Source: Candidatus Woesearchaeota archaeon (GTDB lineage Archaea > Nanobdellota > Nanobdellia > SCGC-AAA011-G17 > JAFCDX01). Taken from it: a DNA stretch of 6,733 nucleotides. A program made the translations under genes and the position numbers. The notes under the pieces are model-generated. The model was given only the letters and a program-made list of their open reading frames with translations, was not told the DNA's origin and made no database searches. Shown here piece by piece: positions 1 through 5,790 of the stretch. Where the stretch lies: NCBI GenBank assembly GCA_964497015.1, contig CAZCBT010000035.1, positions 1 through 6,733 on the forward strand, given 5' to 3'. Each line of letters opens with the position of its first letter. Within the stretch, counting starts at the first letter, position 1.

Positions 1-159
1 TCTTATACTGAATTAAGAGGAAAAGACTTATTTATAAATATTGCAGAATTAAGTCTATTAAGTTACTTTGCGATCTACTGGTTAATTGAATTTAAAAGGA
101 GATGTTTCATTAAGGCCATTTCAAATTTGGGCTTACCTTTCCTAAAGCAATCTCTTTAA
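1..159 (+). CDS. Possible 3' end of a CDS that starts upstream of the window (52 codons open from base 1 to TAA at 157-159). The hydrophobic tail is SYTELRGKDLFINIAELSLLSYFAIYWLIEF...
   Basis: I translated frame 1 by hand. It is open from the window edge and contains a TM-like stretch. It would overlap the convergent ORF 110..457 by 50 nt, which argues against both being real as drawn. It is not in the supplied ORF track. Confidence 0.2.
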   Translation, partial: SYTELRGKDLFINIAELSLLSYFAIYWLIEFKRRCFIKAISNLGLPFLKQSL

Positions 160-457
160 TTAATTCGGAAAAACGTCTAAATCTCCAATAATGTAAGACT
201 TCTCCAATTAAAAGCAACCCCAATAAAAAGATGGAAAAATAAAGAAAAGATTTCCAGTCTTTTAAACCAAAAAGTTTGGTATATGTAACAAAACCCATTA
301 TAATCAAAGATAAAAAGGAAAAATAAAATTTGGTTTCAAATTTTTCATATTGAATAAGATATAATTTTTTCAATTTTAAAATTTCCCTCTGTTTTTCATC
401 TAATTCATTAGCCATATTATAAAAAGATTGTTGTATTTTATTTAAAATTTTGGACAC
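110..457 (-). CDS. Small hypothetical membrane protein with two predicted TM helices (FYFSFLSLIIMGFVTY and LYFSIFLLGLLLIGEVL)
   Basis: The track ORF begins at a GTG (cac at 455-457). The internal ATG at 413-415 (MANELDEK..., 101 aa) is the more likely start, because the TATA box at 439..446 sits about 27 nt upstream of it. There is an amphipathic N-terminal helix followed by two hydrophobic segments. Confidence 0.6.
   Translation of the reverse strand: MSKILNKIQQSFYNMANELDEKQREILKLKKLYLIQYEKFETKFYFSFLSLIIMGFVTYTKLFGLKDWKSFLYFSIFLLGLLLIGEVLHYWRFRRFSELIKEIALGKVSPNLKWP
439..446 (-). promoter_or_regulatory. TATA box (TTTAAATA on the minus strand) about 27 nt upstream of the ATG at 415
   Basis: The plus strand reads tatttaaa at 439-446. 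The same octamer at the same spacing recurs upstream of the ORFs starting at 2070 and 4087. Confidence 0.45.
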
Positions 458-557
458 TTTTTCAAACGAAAATCGGTTGTGACTAAAACATTCACGACTT
501 CGCTTTATGTTTCTTGTACGAACTTGTGGTGAAATATGATAAAAAATTTTTGTTAAA

Positions 558-574
558 GATTAAAAGTTTTTAGC
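558..574 (+). repeat. Copy 1 of the 17-nt direct repeat GATTAAAAGTTTTTAGC
   Basis: Exact match to 968..984. The degenerate copy at 605..621 matches 14 of 17. It lies in the intergenic region upstream of ORF 660..962, with T5 runs around it. Confidence 0.7.
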
Positions 575-604
575 GTTTTAAGTGGGCTCAAAGTTTTAAT
601 TTTT

Positions 605-621
605 GATTAAAAATTTTAATC
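605..621 (+). repeat. Degenerate copy (GATTAAAAATTTTAATC, 14/17) of the 17-nt repeat
   Basis: Aligned by eye to 558..574 and 968..984. It shares the TTTTGATTAAAA left flank with the 968 copy. Confidence 0.4.
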
Positions 622-659
622 ACGGAAAACTTTTTATTTTTCTAATTTTTTGAAGTTTT

Positions 660-962
660 ATGTTTAGATCTAAGAAATTTAAAGAAGCAGTTATAGAAGA
701 ACAAATTGCTACCATGCTAAACATCTATTTTGAAAGAATCGAAAAAGTTAGAAAAGAGATTCAAAAGATAATCCAAGAATTTAAATCTAAAAAAATTTCT
801 TATGCAGACGCTAAGAAACTTCTCCAAAATTACATGAAAGAATTGCTAAAAATAAAATCAGATCTTAAAAAACAAAAGCCCAAGAATCCAGACTTAAAAG
901 CGCAAAAAGAAAGCCTGATAGCGAAGGTAAACGAGCTTGTAAAAATAATCGAGAAGTTTTGA
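660..962 (+). CDS. Hypothetical Lys/Glu-rich helical (coiled-coil-like) protein, 100 aa
   Basis: ATG start at 660, with the T/A-rich TATA-like element TTTTTATTTT at 631-640 about 25 nt upstream. The TGA stop is followed by two T5 runs. The composition is strongly charged and heptad-like, with no recognisable motif. Confidence 0.55.
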   Translation: MFRSKKFKEAVIEEQIATMLNIYFERIEKVRKEIQKIIQEFKSKKISYADAKKLLQNYMKELLKIKSDLKKQKPKNPDLKAQKESLIAKVNELVKIIEKF

Positions 963-967
963 TTTTT

Positions 968-984
968 GATTAAAAGTTTTTAGC
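968..984 (+). repeat. Copy 2 of the 17-nt direct repeat GATTAAAAGTTTTTAGC. It overlaps a T-run terminator-like tract between convergent genes.
   Basis: Exact match to 558..574. It sits in the 23-nt gap between the stop of ORF 660..962 and the stop of ORF 986..1633. The tract TTTTTGATTAAAAGTTTTT contains two T5 runs of the kind used as archaeal termination signals. Confidence 0.7.
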
Positions 985-985
985 A

Positions 986-1633
986 TTAATGAAATTTTTT
1001 GCTTCCAAATCCACTCTTAAGGCTAGGGTCCACATAAGCTCTAACTCTTTTAATTGCATTTTCTACTAAGGGGTCTCCTTTTCCACAACCATGGGCATAT
1101 TCTTTTTTAAATGGAAAATCCCTCCAAAATTCTAACAATTCAATTTTTCCACCCGCTGTTTTGATAGCACCCATTATATATCGGATATCTGGAACCTGTG
1201 GAGCATTTACATAACCAAAATTTGGTCTTTCGAAAAGGTTATCAAAATCTATTTCCTTACCAAAATTGTCATAAATATGCACCTTTTTAGCATGTTTTTT
1301 TAATTCTTCACCCCTCAGATATATTTGCAATAAAAGATGTAAATGTGCTTCTTCGTTAAGATATTCTTTGGTATTGCTATTTCTCCTAAAACACGCAAAT
1401 CCAAAATTTTCCATCAATTTTGTTAGTAATTCTCCTTTTTTATAAGGGCGATAATATAAATGGAATTCGTCACTCCAAGATGGGGCCTCGGATAAATCAA
1501 GATTTAACGGATTTGGTGTCTCGCTTATTCTTAGATAAGCCTCTATGGTGGTGGGTTTTAAGCGCTCTATTTCCGCTATAATTTTTGGCCATGAAAGTAG
1601 TATCATTTTCACCACTTTTAAGTAGAATATCAT
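986..1633 (-). CDS. Hypothetical protein, 215 aa (206 aa if it starts at the second ATG, 1606). No family recognised.
   Basis: Long ORF with ordinary globular composition (W, H, C, P and G are all present, and it is not low complexity). It lies 14 nt downstream of ORF 1648..2070 on the same strand. His/Cys-containing patches (EEAHLHLL, YAHGCGKGDP) hint at an enzyme, but I cannot assign it. Confidence 0.75.
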   Translation of the reverse strand: MIFYLKVVKMILLSWPKIIAEIERLKPTTIEAYLRISETPNPLNLDLSEAPSWSDEFHLYYRPYKKGELLTKLMENFGFACFRRNSNTKEYLNEEAHLHLLLQIYLRGEELKKHAKKVHIYDNFGKEIDFDNLFERPNFGYVNAPQVPDIRYIMGAIKTAGGKIELLEFWRDFPFKKEYAHGCGKGDPLVENAIKRVRAYVDPSLKSGFGSKKFH

Positions 1634-1647
1634 TTATAAAGTTTTCG

Positions 1648-2070
1648 TTATACAAACTTCAAGATTTCCTCACCTACAACAACTGCTGGCAAAATTTCTT
1701 CTTCTATAACTTTTATTACAGTGTTTATATCTCCTTTATCAAAAGCTGTCTGGAGTCTTCCAAAAGCACCCCCCAGATAATAAATCACATTAGATATGTT
1801 GTAGCCCATATCTTCTCTTGAAAACAATCTCGAAAGTCTTACTATTTCGCTTCTTATCTTTTCTATATGGACACGAACAGCTTCGCGGTTTTTATATACA
1901 GCCAAAATAGAACTCGCGCTTGATTCGATAGTTTTCAAATGCTCTCTAATCTCTCTAACATTTAATCTTTTATTTATCAACAATTCCCTGGTTTGATCGC
2001 TAGCTTCTTTTATTGTTTTCTTATTTAAGATTCTTGATTGGACTTTTCCTATTAATTCTTCGCTTACCAT
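1648..2070 (-). CDS. Hypothetical all-helical protein, 140 aa, the first gene of a two-gene unit
   Basis: ATG at 2068-2070 with TTATTTAAAT (minus strand, 2091-2102) about 27 nt upstream. Helix-favouring composition. No family recognised. Confidence 0.75.
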   Translation of the reverse strand: MVSEELIGKVQSRILNKKTIKEASDQTRELLINKRLNVREIREHLKTIESSASSILAVYKNREAVRVHIEKIRSEIVRLSRLFSREDMGYNISNVIYYLGGAFGRLQTAFDKGDINTVIKVIEEEILPAVVVGEEILKFV

Positions 2071-2144
2071 TGTGTTTTTATAAGTCTCTAAAATTTAAAT
2101 AATTTTCCAAAAGTTTTAAATCCTAGCATATCCTTAAATCTCAT
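2071..2144. promoter_or_regulatory. 74-nt divergent promoter region with two opposed TATA boxes
   Basis: TTTTAAAT at 2114-2121 is about 27 nt upstream of the plus-strand ATG at 2145. TTATTTAAAT (reverse complement of 2091-2102) is about 27 nt upstream of the minus-strand ATG at 2070. Both spacings imply leaderless mRNAs. Confidence 0.5.
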
Positions 2145-2786
2145 ATGGTATTTTGGTTTTTTAGAAAGAAGCCGCAATTAAAGGTTGAACATCTGCATAA
2201 AAATCTACAGCATTCTTTTTCTAACCTTAAAAAAGACATCTCTACAATAAGCAAGTGGATTGAACATTTCAAAGAAAGGCACGAAAAACATGAGGAAAAT
2301 TTTGGGTATGTCATAAGGAAGATCTCTGATCTTGAAGAGAAATACCAAAAAATACTCGAAAAGCTTGAGGAATTGGGCATTTCTGATGAAAAATCTGGCG
2401 TTCAAATGGGCGTTCAAAGCGTTCAATCGTTCATGAACGTTCAATCGCTCGAAAAAATAAGCCCTATAACCTTAAAATTTGAAGGGTCTGAGCGTTCAAA
2501 TGTGTTCATGAACGTTCAATCGTTCATGAACGTTCAATCGCTCGAAAAATTAACTCCTGCACAAAAAAATTTGGTTGCTTTACTACTTTATGCCCCACAA
2601 CCAATGTCCTATGAGGAAATTTCTAAAAAACTAGGGCTCAGTGTGATCACAGTAAGGCGTCATATTAATGACATCAAAAGGATAGGATTCAAGATAAATG
2701 AAAAAGTTAGTGTTAGGAATAGAAAAAAATTATTCTACTTTGACGAAAAAATCAAAAAGGCCATTCTAAAAGTTAGAAGAAAGTAG
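2145..2786 (+). CDS. Putative DNA-binding protein, 213 aa. It has an N-terminal charged helical region, an internal repeat linker (VQSFMNVQSLEK twice) and a C-terminal (winged) helix-turn-helix.
   Basis: The C-terminal segment LTPAQKNLVALLLYAPQPMSYEEISKKLGLSVITVRRHINDIKRIGFKI fits the usual HTH pattern (ligand-name-like helix, then S-x-x-TV-x-RHI recognition helix, then a G-hydrophobic wing). The ORF stays open through the repeat block. Confidence 0.8.
   Translation: MVFWFFRKKPQLKVEHLHKNLQHSFSNLKKDISTISKWIEHFKERHEKHEENFGYVIRKISDLEEKYQKILEKLEELGISDEKSGVQMGVQSVQSFMNVQSLEKISPITLKFEGSERSNVFMNVQSFMNVQSLEKLTPAQKNLVALLLYAPQPMSYEEISKKLGLSVITVRRHINDIKRIGFKINEKVSVRNRKKLFYFDEKIKKAILKVRRK
2398..2549 (+). 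repeat. Intragenic duplicated block made of phased GTTCA half-sites. Block A is 2398..2456 and block B is 2492..2549.
   Basis: An exact 37-nt repeat, CGTTCAATCGTTCATGAACGTTCAATCGCTCGAAAAA, occurs at 2420..2456 and 2513..2549. An exact 11-mer, GCGTTCAAATG, occurs at 2398..2408 and 2492..2502. GTTCA starts at 2400, 2412, 2421, 2429 and 2439 in block A, and at 2494, 2504, 2514, 2522 and 2532 in block B. GTTCATGAAC palindromes lie at 2429-2438, 2504-2513 and 2522-2531. Confidence 0.9.
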
Positions 2787-2804
2787 GTATAAATCTAAAA
2801 GGTG

Positions 2805-2822
2805 AGGATTATTAACAATCCT
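2805..2822 (+). other. Short hairpin (AGGATT / loop ATTAAC / AATCCT) 19 nt downstream of the HTH gene stop
   Basis: A 6-bp perfect stem read directly from the sequence. It is weak on its own in AT-rich DNA, and archaeal termination does not require hairpins. Confidence 0.2.
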
Positions 2823-3205
2823 ATGAGCAATAAATTGAAAGACACAAAGCTTGATTGGAACATAATCTAGGATTAAAAGCCATTTCGATGATAACTAAAA
2901 TTTACTTATAATCTAAAAATGTAAGAGATAAAGATCTAGACAATAATTCGCAGTAGTCTTGATTTTAAATTTGGACCAAAAGTTTGTATCTGATTTCGCA
3001 TAAAATTTTAAGGTAAGTGTATATGATTCGCAATATAATTTATCCAGTTCCAGCATGAAAGTTCGTATTGGCCAAGAGCCCTTCAAATTCATATAAATAC
3101 AAAAAATCTGATACTCATAAGCTCAAAAAGAAGAAAAAGTCAAAACCAAATAATAAATTAGAAGACCCAACCTTCTTTCATATAAATTGGTTTTTATTTA
3201 TTAAA

Positions 3206-3239
3206 ATCAAGAATCTAAAAGTAAAGGGTAATTCTTGAT
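3206..3239. repeat. Inverted repeat with a 9-bp stem (ATCAAGAAT ... ATTCTTGAT) and a 16-nt loop, inside the long non-coding region
   Basis: The arms at 3206-3214 and 3231-3239 are perfect reverse complements. The loop contains one copy of the recurring AATCTAAAA 9-mer. Confidence 0.6.
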
Positions 3240-3525
3240 CTAAATTCGTTTAAATTTTAAAAACTTAGAGAAAATCTAATTCGTATAATTCGAAATTCTG
3301 TTAAAAAACAAGGCTACACTTTTATCCCCGAGGTTTGATTATAAAAATTTAAAATTAAGGTATAGGCACTACAAAATTCATAAGAATTCTTAAGTTTTTG
3401 TTACTTCTGGTTAAAATTCTTACTACAACTATTGAGGGATGTCCAAATACAGTATACATTTTATTTTATACATATCATAAGCTAAAAATATATATAAACA
3501 ACATCACCGTAGGAAAAGCTGTAAA

Positions 3526-3642
3526 ATGCTTAAAAAGGAGTTAAACATTCTCAAAACCATGAAAGAAAAGAAATGTTCCTGGGAAGAAGCCTTTAAGAAA
3601 GAAAATGAGAAAAGAACCCTAAAAGAATTCTTTAATAATTAA
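3526..3642 (+). CDS. Candidate small protein, 38 aa (MLKKELNILKTMKEKKCSWEEAFKKENEKRTLKEFFNN)
   Basis: ATG at 3526 and TAA at 3640-3642. A TATATATA-type element at 3489-3496 lies about 33 nt upstream. It converges on ORF 3653..4087 with a 10-nt gap. It is short and Lys/Glu-rich, so it may be spurious. Confidence 0.3.
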   Translation: MLKKELNILKTMKEKKCSWEEAFKKENEKRTLKEFFNN

Positions 3643-3652
3643 TTTCTCTTAA

Positions 3653-4087
3653 TTAGCCAATATAGTCCTTCTTTCCTTGTGCTGGTTGAGAAACAACCAC
3701 GGGTAAGCGTATGTGTGGTGGTAAATTGAGATCCTGGGAAAGTATTAGTGCTTTAATATTGCATCTTGTCAAAATTGCTGTAAAAAGCCTTTCCATTAGT
3801 TTTCTATCAAGTGTCTTTTTAGATTTCCAATTGTTAAAAATTTCCTTCATTTTCTTATCATCTTCAAGATAATAAATATACCCGCCCAATTGTAAATTTG
3901 CGACACCTGGCTCGTAATCGACAGTAAAGTTAAAGTTTATTTTCAGAACATTCTGCTCTTTACCAACATTTATCCTATCTTCTTCAATATCAGAAATTTC
4001 TAAATTGCTTTTTATATTAAGCTTGTCAAAACTCTCTTTTTTCCTTTCAGCAGATATTTTTGTGATTGCAAACCCTACGATTGGCAT
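3653..4087 (-). CDS. Hypothetical protein, 144 aa, with a pattern-level resemblance to the SecB-like chaperone fold
   Basis: It has a clean ATG and its own TATA box. The order of segments (FAITKISAER..., then the beta-like VLKINFNFTVDY, then LQLGGYIYYLED, then helix LMERLFTAILTRCNIKALILSQDLNLPPHIRLP) parallels the E. coli SecB layout as I recall it. I could not run a search. Confidence 0.75.
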   Translation of the reverse strand: MPIVGFAITKISAERKKESFDKLNIKSNLEISDIEEDRINVGKEQNVLKINFNFTVDYEPGVANLQLGGYIYYLEDDKKMKEIFNNWKSKKTLDRKLMERLFTAILTRCNIKALILSQDLNLPPHIRLPVVVSQPAQGKKDYIG

Positions 4088-4108
4088 TTTTTTAACAATT
4101 CTAAGAGC

Positions 4109-4116
4109 TATTTAAA
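4109..4116 (-). promoter_or_regulatory. TATA box (TTTAAATA on the minus strand) about 25 nt upstream of the ATG at 4087
   Basis: The plus strand reads tatttaaa at 4109-4116, inside the 39-nt gap after the argS stop. Confidence 0.45.
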
Positions 4117-4126
4117 TGTTATGGTT

Positions 4127-5788
4127 TTACATCCTTTCCAAAGTTTTTATGCCAAGCAATAGCAAGGCGTTTTTAATTGTGTATCTAAATGCTTCTACTA
4201 ATGCTAATCTTGCAGCCATTTCTTGCTTGTTTTCTACTATACATCTGCATACCTGATAAAATTCATTAAACTTCTTAGCAAGTTCATAAGCGTAATTAGC
4301 AACTATGCTGGGCTTTAAATGCGAGGCTGCTTCTTTGACTATGCTAGGAAAATTGTAAATCTCTTTGATTAATTCTTTTTCCGCTTCGGAGTTAAGGTAA
4401 TTAAAATCCGCTCTAGTTCTTAATTTTGGTGCCTTTTTGATAATGGAAGAAGCTCTTGCATATGAGTAAAGCAGGTAGGGAGCTGCATCACCTTCATAGC
4501 TTAAAGCTTGTTTCCAGTCAAAGATAACATTTTTCTCTGGGGAGACTTTAAGGATTGCATATTTTACAGAAGCGTAAGCAAGTGTTTTGATGGCTTTTTT
4601 GCTATAATTTCCTCTCTTTTTGAATTCTTGGTTAGCTTTTTCAATAGCCTGCTTCATGAAATCTTGCAACAATACAAGATTGCCTTCTCTTGTTGACATC
4701 TTCCCTGTTTTAAGCAAGACATGTGAATAAAAAACAGCTCTCGGAGCATGGTAGTTAAGTAAGCTTAAAGCGGAAGCGATTTGCTGGAAGTAAAGTTTGT
4801 GATCTTCGCCAAGAACAACCATGTTTTCTTTTGCTTTTTCAAGTTTTTCAATAGTATAAGCAATATCTCTTAATGAATACAAAGACGTGCCGTCTGCTCT
4901 TGTAAGTACAAGTACCGGGTCCTTCATATCAAGCCTGAAATCTCTTAAATCAAGAACATACCTGCCATGACTGTCGATAGTTAATTTGTTTGTTTTTTCA
5001 AGTTGTTTAAGAATTTCTTTTGTTTTCCTTGCCCAAAGATATTTAGATTCGTAGTCAAAATGATCATATCTTATGCTAAGTTCCGAAAGAATTTTCAGCT
5101 GGCCTTTTAAGCAGATGTCCACTATTTTCTTGAATTGCCCCTTAACTTTTTTATCGCCTTGCTCAAGCTTGTAAAGCAAGTCAAAAATTTCCTTTTCTAT
5201 TTGTGGTGTTAGATTTTTATTAATCTCTATATAATATTCAAGCATCTTTTCAAATGATAGCTGCTTCTTGTTTTTACAAGCATAAACAAGCATTGCTATC
5301 TGCTTGCCAACATCATTAACAAAATAATGAACATCTACACTGTAGTTAACAAATCTTAACAATCTTGCAAGAGAATCACCAATTAAAGCATTCCTTGCTC
5401 TGCCAACATGAGGAGGAGCATTTGGGTTAATGCTTGTATGTTCTATTAGAAGCTTTTTCTTCTTGCCAATATTAATGCTGCCGTATTTTTCTTTTTGTTT
5501 TAAAACAGAAGAAATAACATTCTTGGCAAATTCTGTAGGATTGATAAAAAAATTGATATAAGCAAAATTTGCTTCTATTTTTGATATTAATTTTGGTGCA
5601 ATTTTTTGTAGTTTTTTGGCATAGAGTTTTGCTATTTCTTCTGGTGGCTTTTTGAGTTTTGGTGCAAGTTGATAACAAGGAAATGCATAATCGCCAAGTT
5701 CCTTGTTTGGAGGTACTTCGAGTTTTATTTCAACATCTTTTGGAAGAACTTTTTTGAGCAAATTCTTAATAGAATTTTCTATGTGCAT
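4127..5788 (-). CDS. argS: Arginyl-tRNA synthetase (class I aaRS), 553 aa
   Basis: The HIGH-region motif HTSINPNAPPHVGRARN covers residues 117-133. The ArgRS-type KMSKS equivalent KMSTREG is at residues 363-369 (KMSTR codons at 4688..4702). The C-terminal anticodon-binding-domain ending ...LLLGIKTLERM is typical of ArgRS. Confidence 0.95.
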   Translation of the reverse strand: MHIENSIKNLLKKVLPKDVEIKLEVPPNKELGDYAFPCYQLAPKLKKPPEEIAKLYAKKLQKIAPKLISKIEANFAYINFFINPTEFAKNVISSVLKQKEKYGSINIGKKKKLLIEHTSINPNAPPHVGRARNALIGDSLARLLRFVNYSVDVHYFVNDVGKQIAMLVYACKNKKQLSFEKMLEYYIEINKNLTPQIEKEIFDLLYKLEQGDKKVKGQFKKIVDICLKGQLKILSELSIRYDHFDYESKYLWARKTKEILKQLEKTNKLTIDSHGRYVLDLRDFRLDMKDPVLVLTRADGTSLYSLRDIAYTIEKLEKAKENMVVLGEDHKLYFQQIASALSLLNYHAPRAVFYSHVLLKTGKMSTREGNLVLLQDFMKQAIEKANQEFKKRGNYSKKAIKTLAYASVKYAILKVSPEKNVIFDWKQALSYEGDAAPYLLYSYARASSIIKKAPKLRTRADFNYLNSEAEKELIKEIYNFPSIVKEAASHLKPSIVANYAYELAKKFNEFYQVCRCIVENKQEMAARLALVEAFRYTIKNALLLLGIKTLERM

Positions 5789-5790
5789 AT

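Noticed and set aside
470-540. A slightly more GC-rich island followed by T5 runs, considered as a small ncRNA or C/D-box sRNA
   Set aside because: GC is only about 36%. There is no C box/D box pair (no CUGA on either strand) and no convincing stem structure. It is equally well explained as promoter or spacer DNA.
986-1633. H-L-H and HAKKVHIYD in the 215-aa protein as a possible LAS/M15-type zinc peptidase signature
   Set aside because: The motif order is reversed relative to H-x(3-6)-D ... H-x-H, the spacing does not fit, and the SxHxxGxAxD block is absent.
1648-2070. Rx4-6H strings (REIREH, REAVRVH) suggesting a HEPN domain in the 140-aa protein
   Set aside because: The motifs lie in the N-terminal and middle thirds rather than at the usual position ahead of the last helix. 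The neighbouring 215-aa protein lacks the GS...DxD signature of a minimal nucleotidyltransferase partner. Such strings are easy to hit by chance in R/E/H-rich helices.
2119-2874. Inverted 8-mer AATCCTAG (2119-2126) / CTAGGATT (2867-2874) flanking the HTH gene, as possible terminal inverted repeats
   Set aside because: There are only 8 exact bases, with an indel immediately beyond. That is expected by chance in a 6.7-kb AT-rich window, and there are no target-site duplications.
3048-3061. TTCCAGCATGAAAG, which loosely resembles the archaeal mini-ORB origin recognition box (TTCCAGTGGAAA type)
   Set aside because: It is a single imperfect copy with no inverted partner flanking an AT-rich unwinding element, and there is no orc1/cdc6 gene in the window. 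I kept it only as weak context for the non-coding-tract finding.
2787-3525. CRISPR-like strings (ATTGAAAG at 2834-2841, GATTAAAAG at 2871-2879) that resemble the 3' ends of archaeal CRISPR repeats
   Set aside because: There is no regularly spaced 24-37 nt repeat and no repeat-spacer periodicity. Only short isolated A/T-rich matches are present, and there are no cas genes in the window.
3381-3633. 12-bp perfect palindromes containing GAATTC (TAAGAATTCTTA at 3381-3392, AAAGAATTCTTT at 3622-3633)
   Set aside because: A/T-rich palindromes of this length are frequent in 30% GC DNA. The second lies inside a candidate small ORF, and they share no spacing or context.
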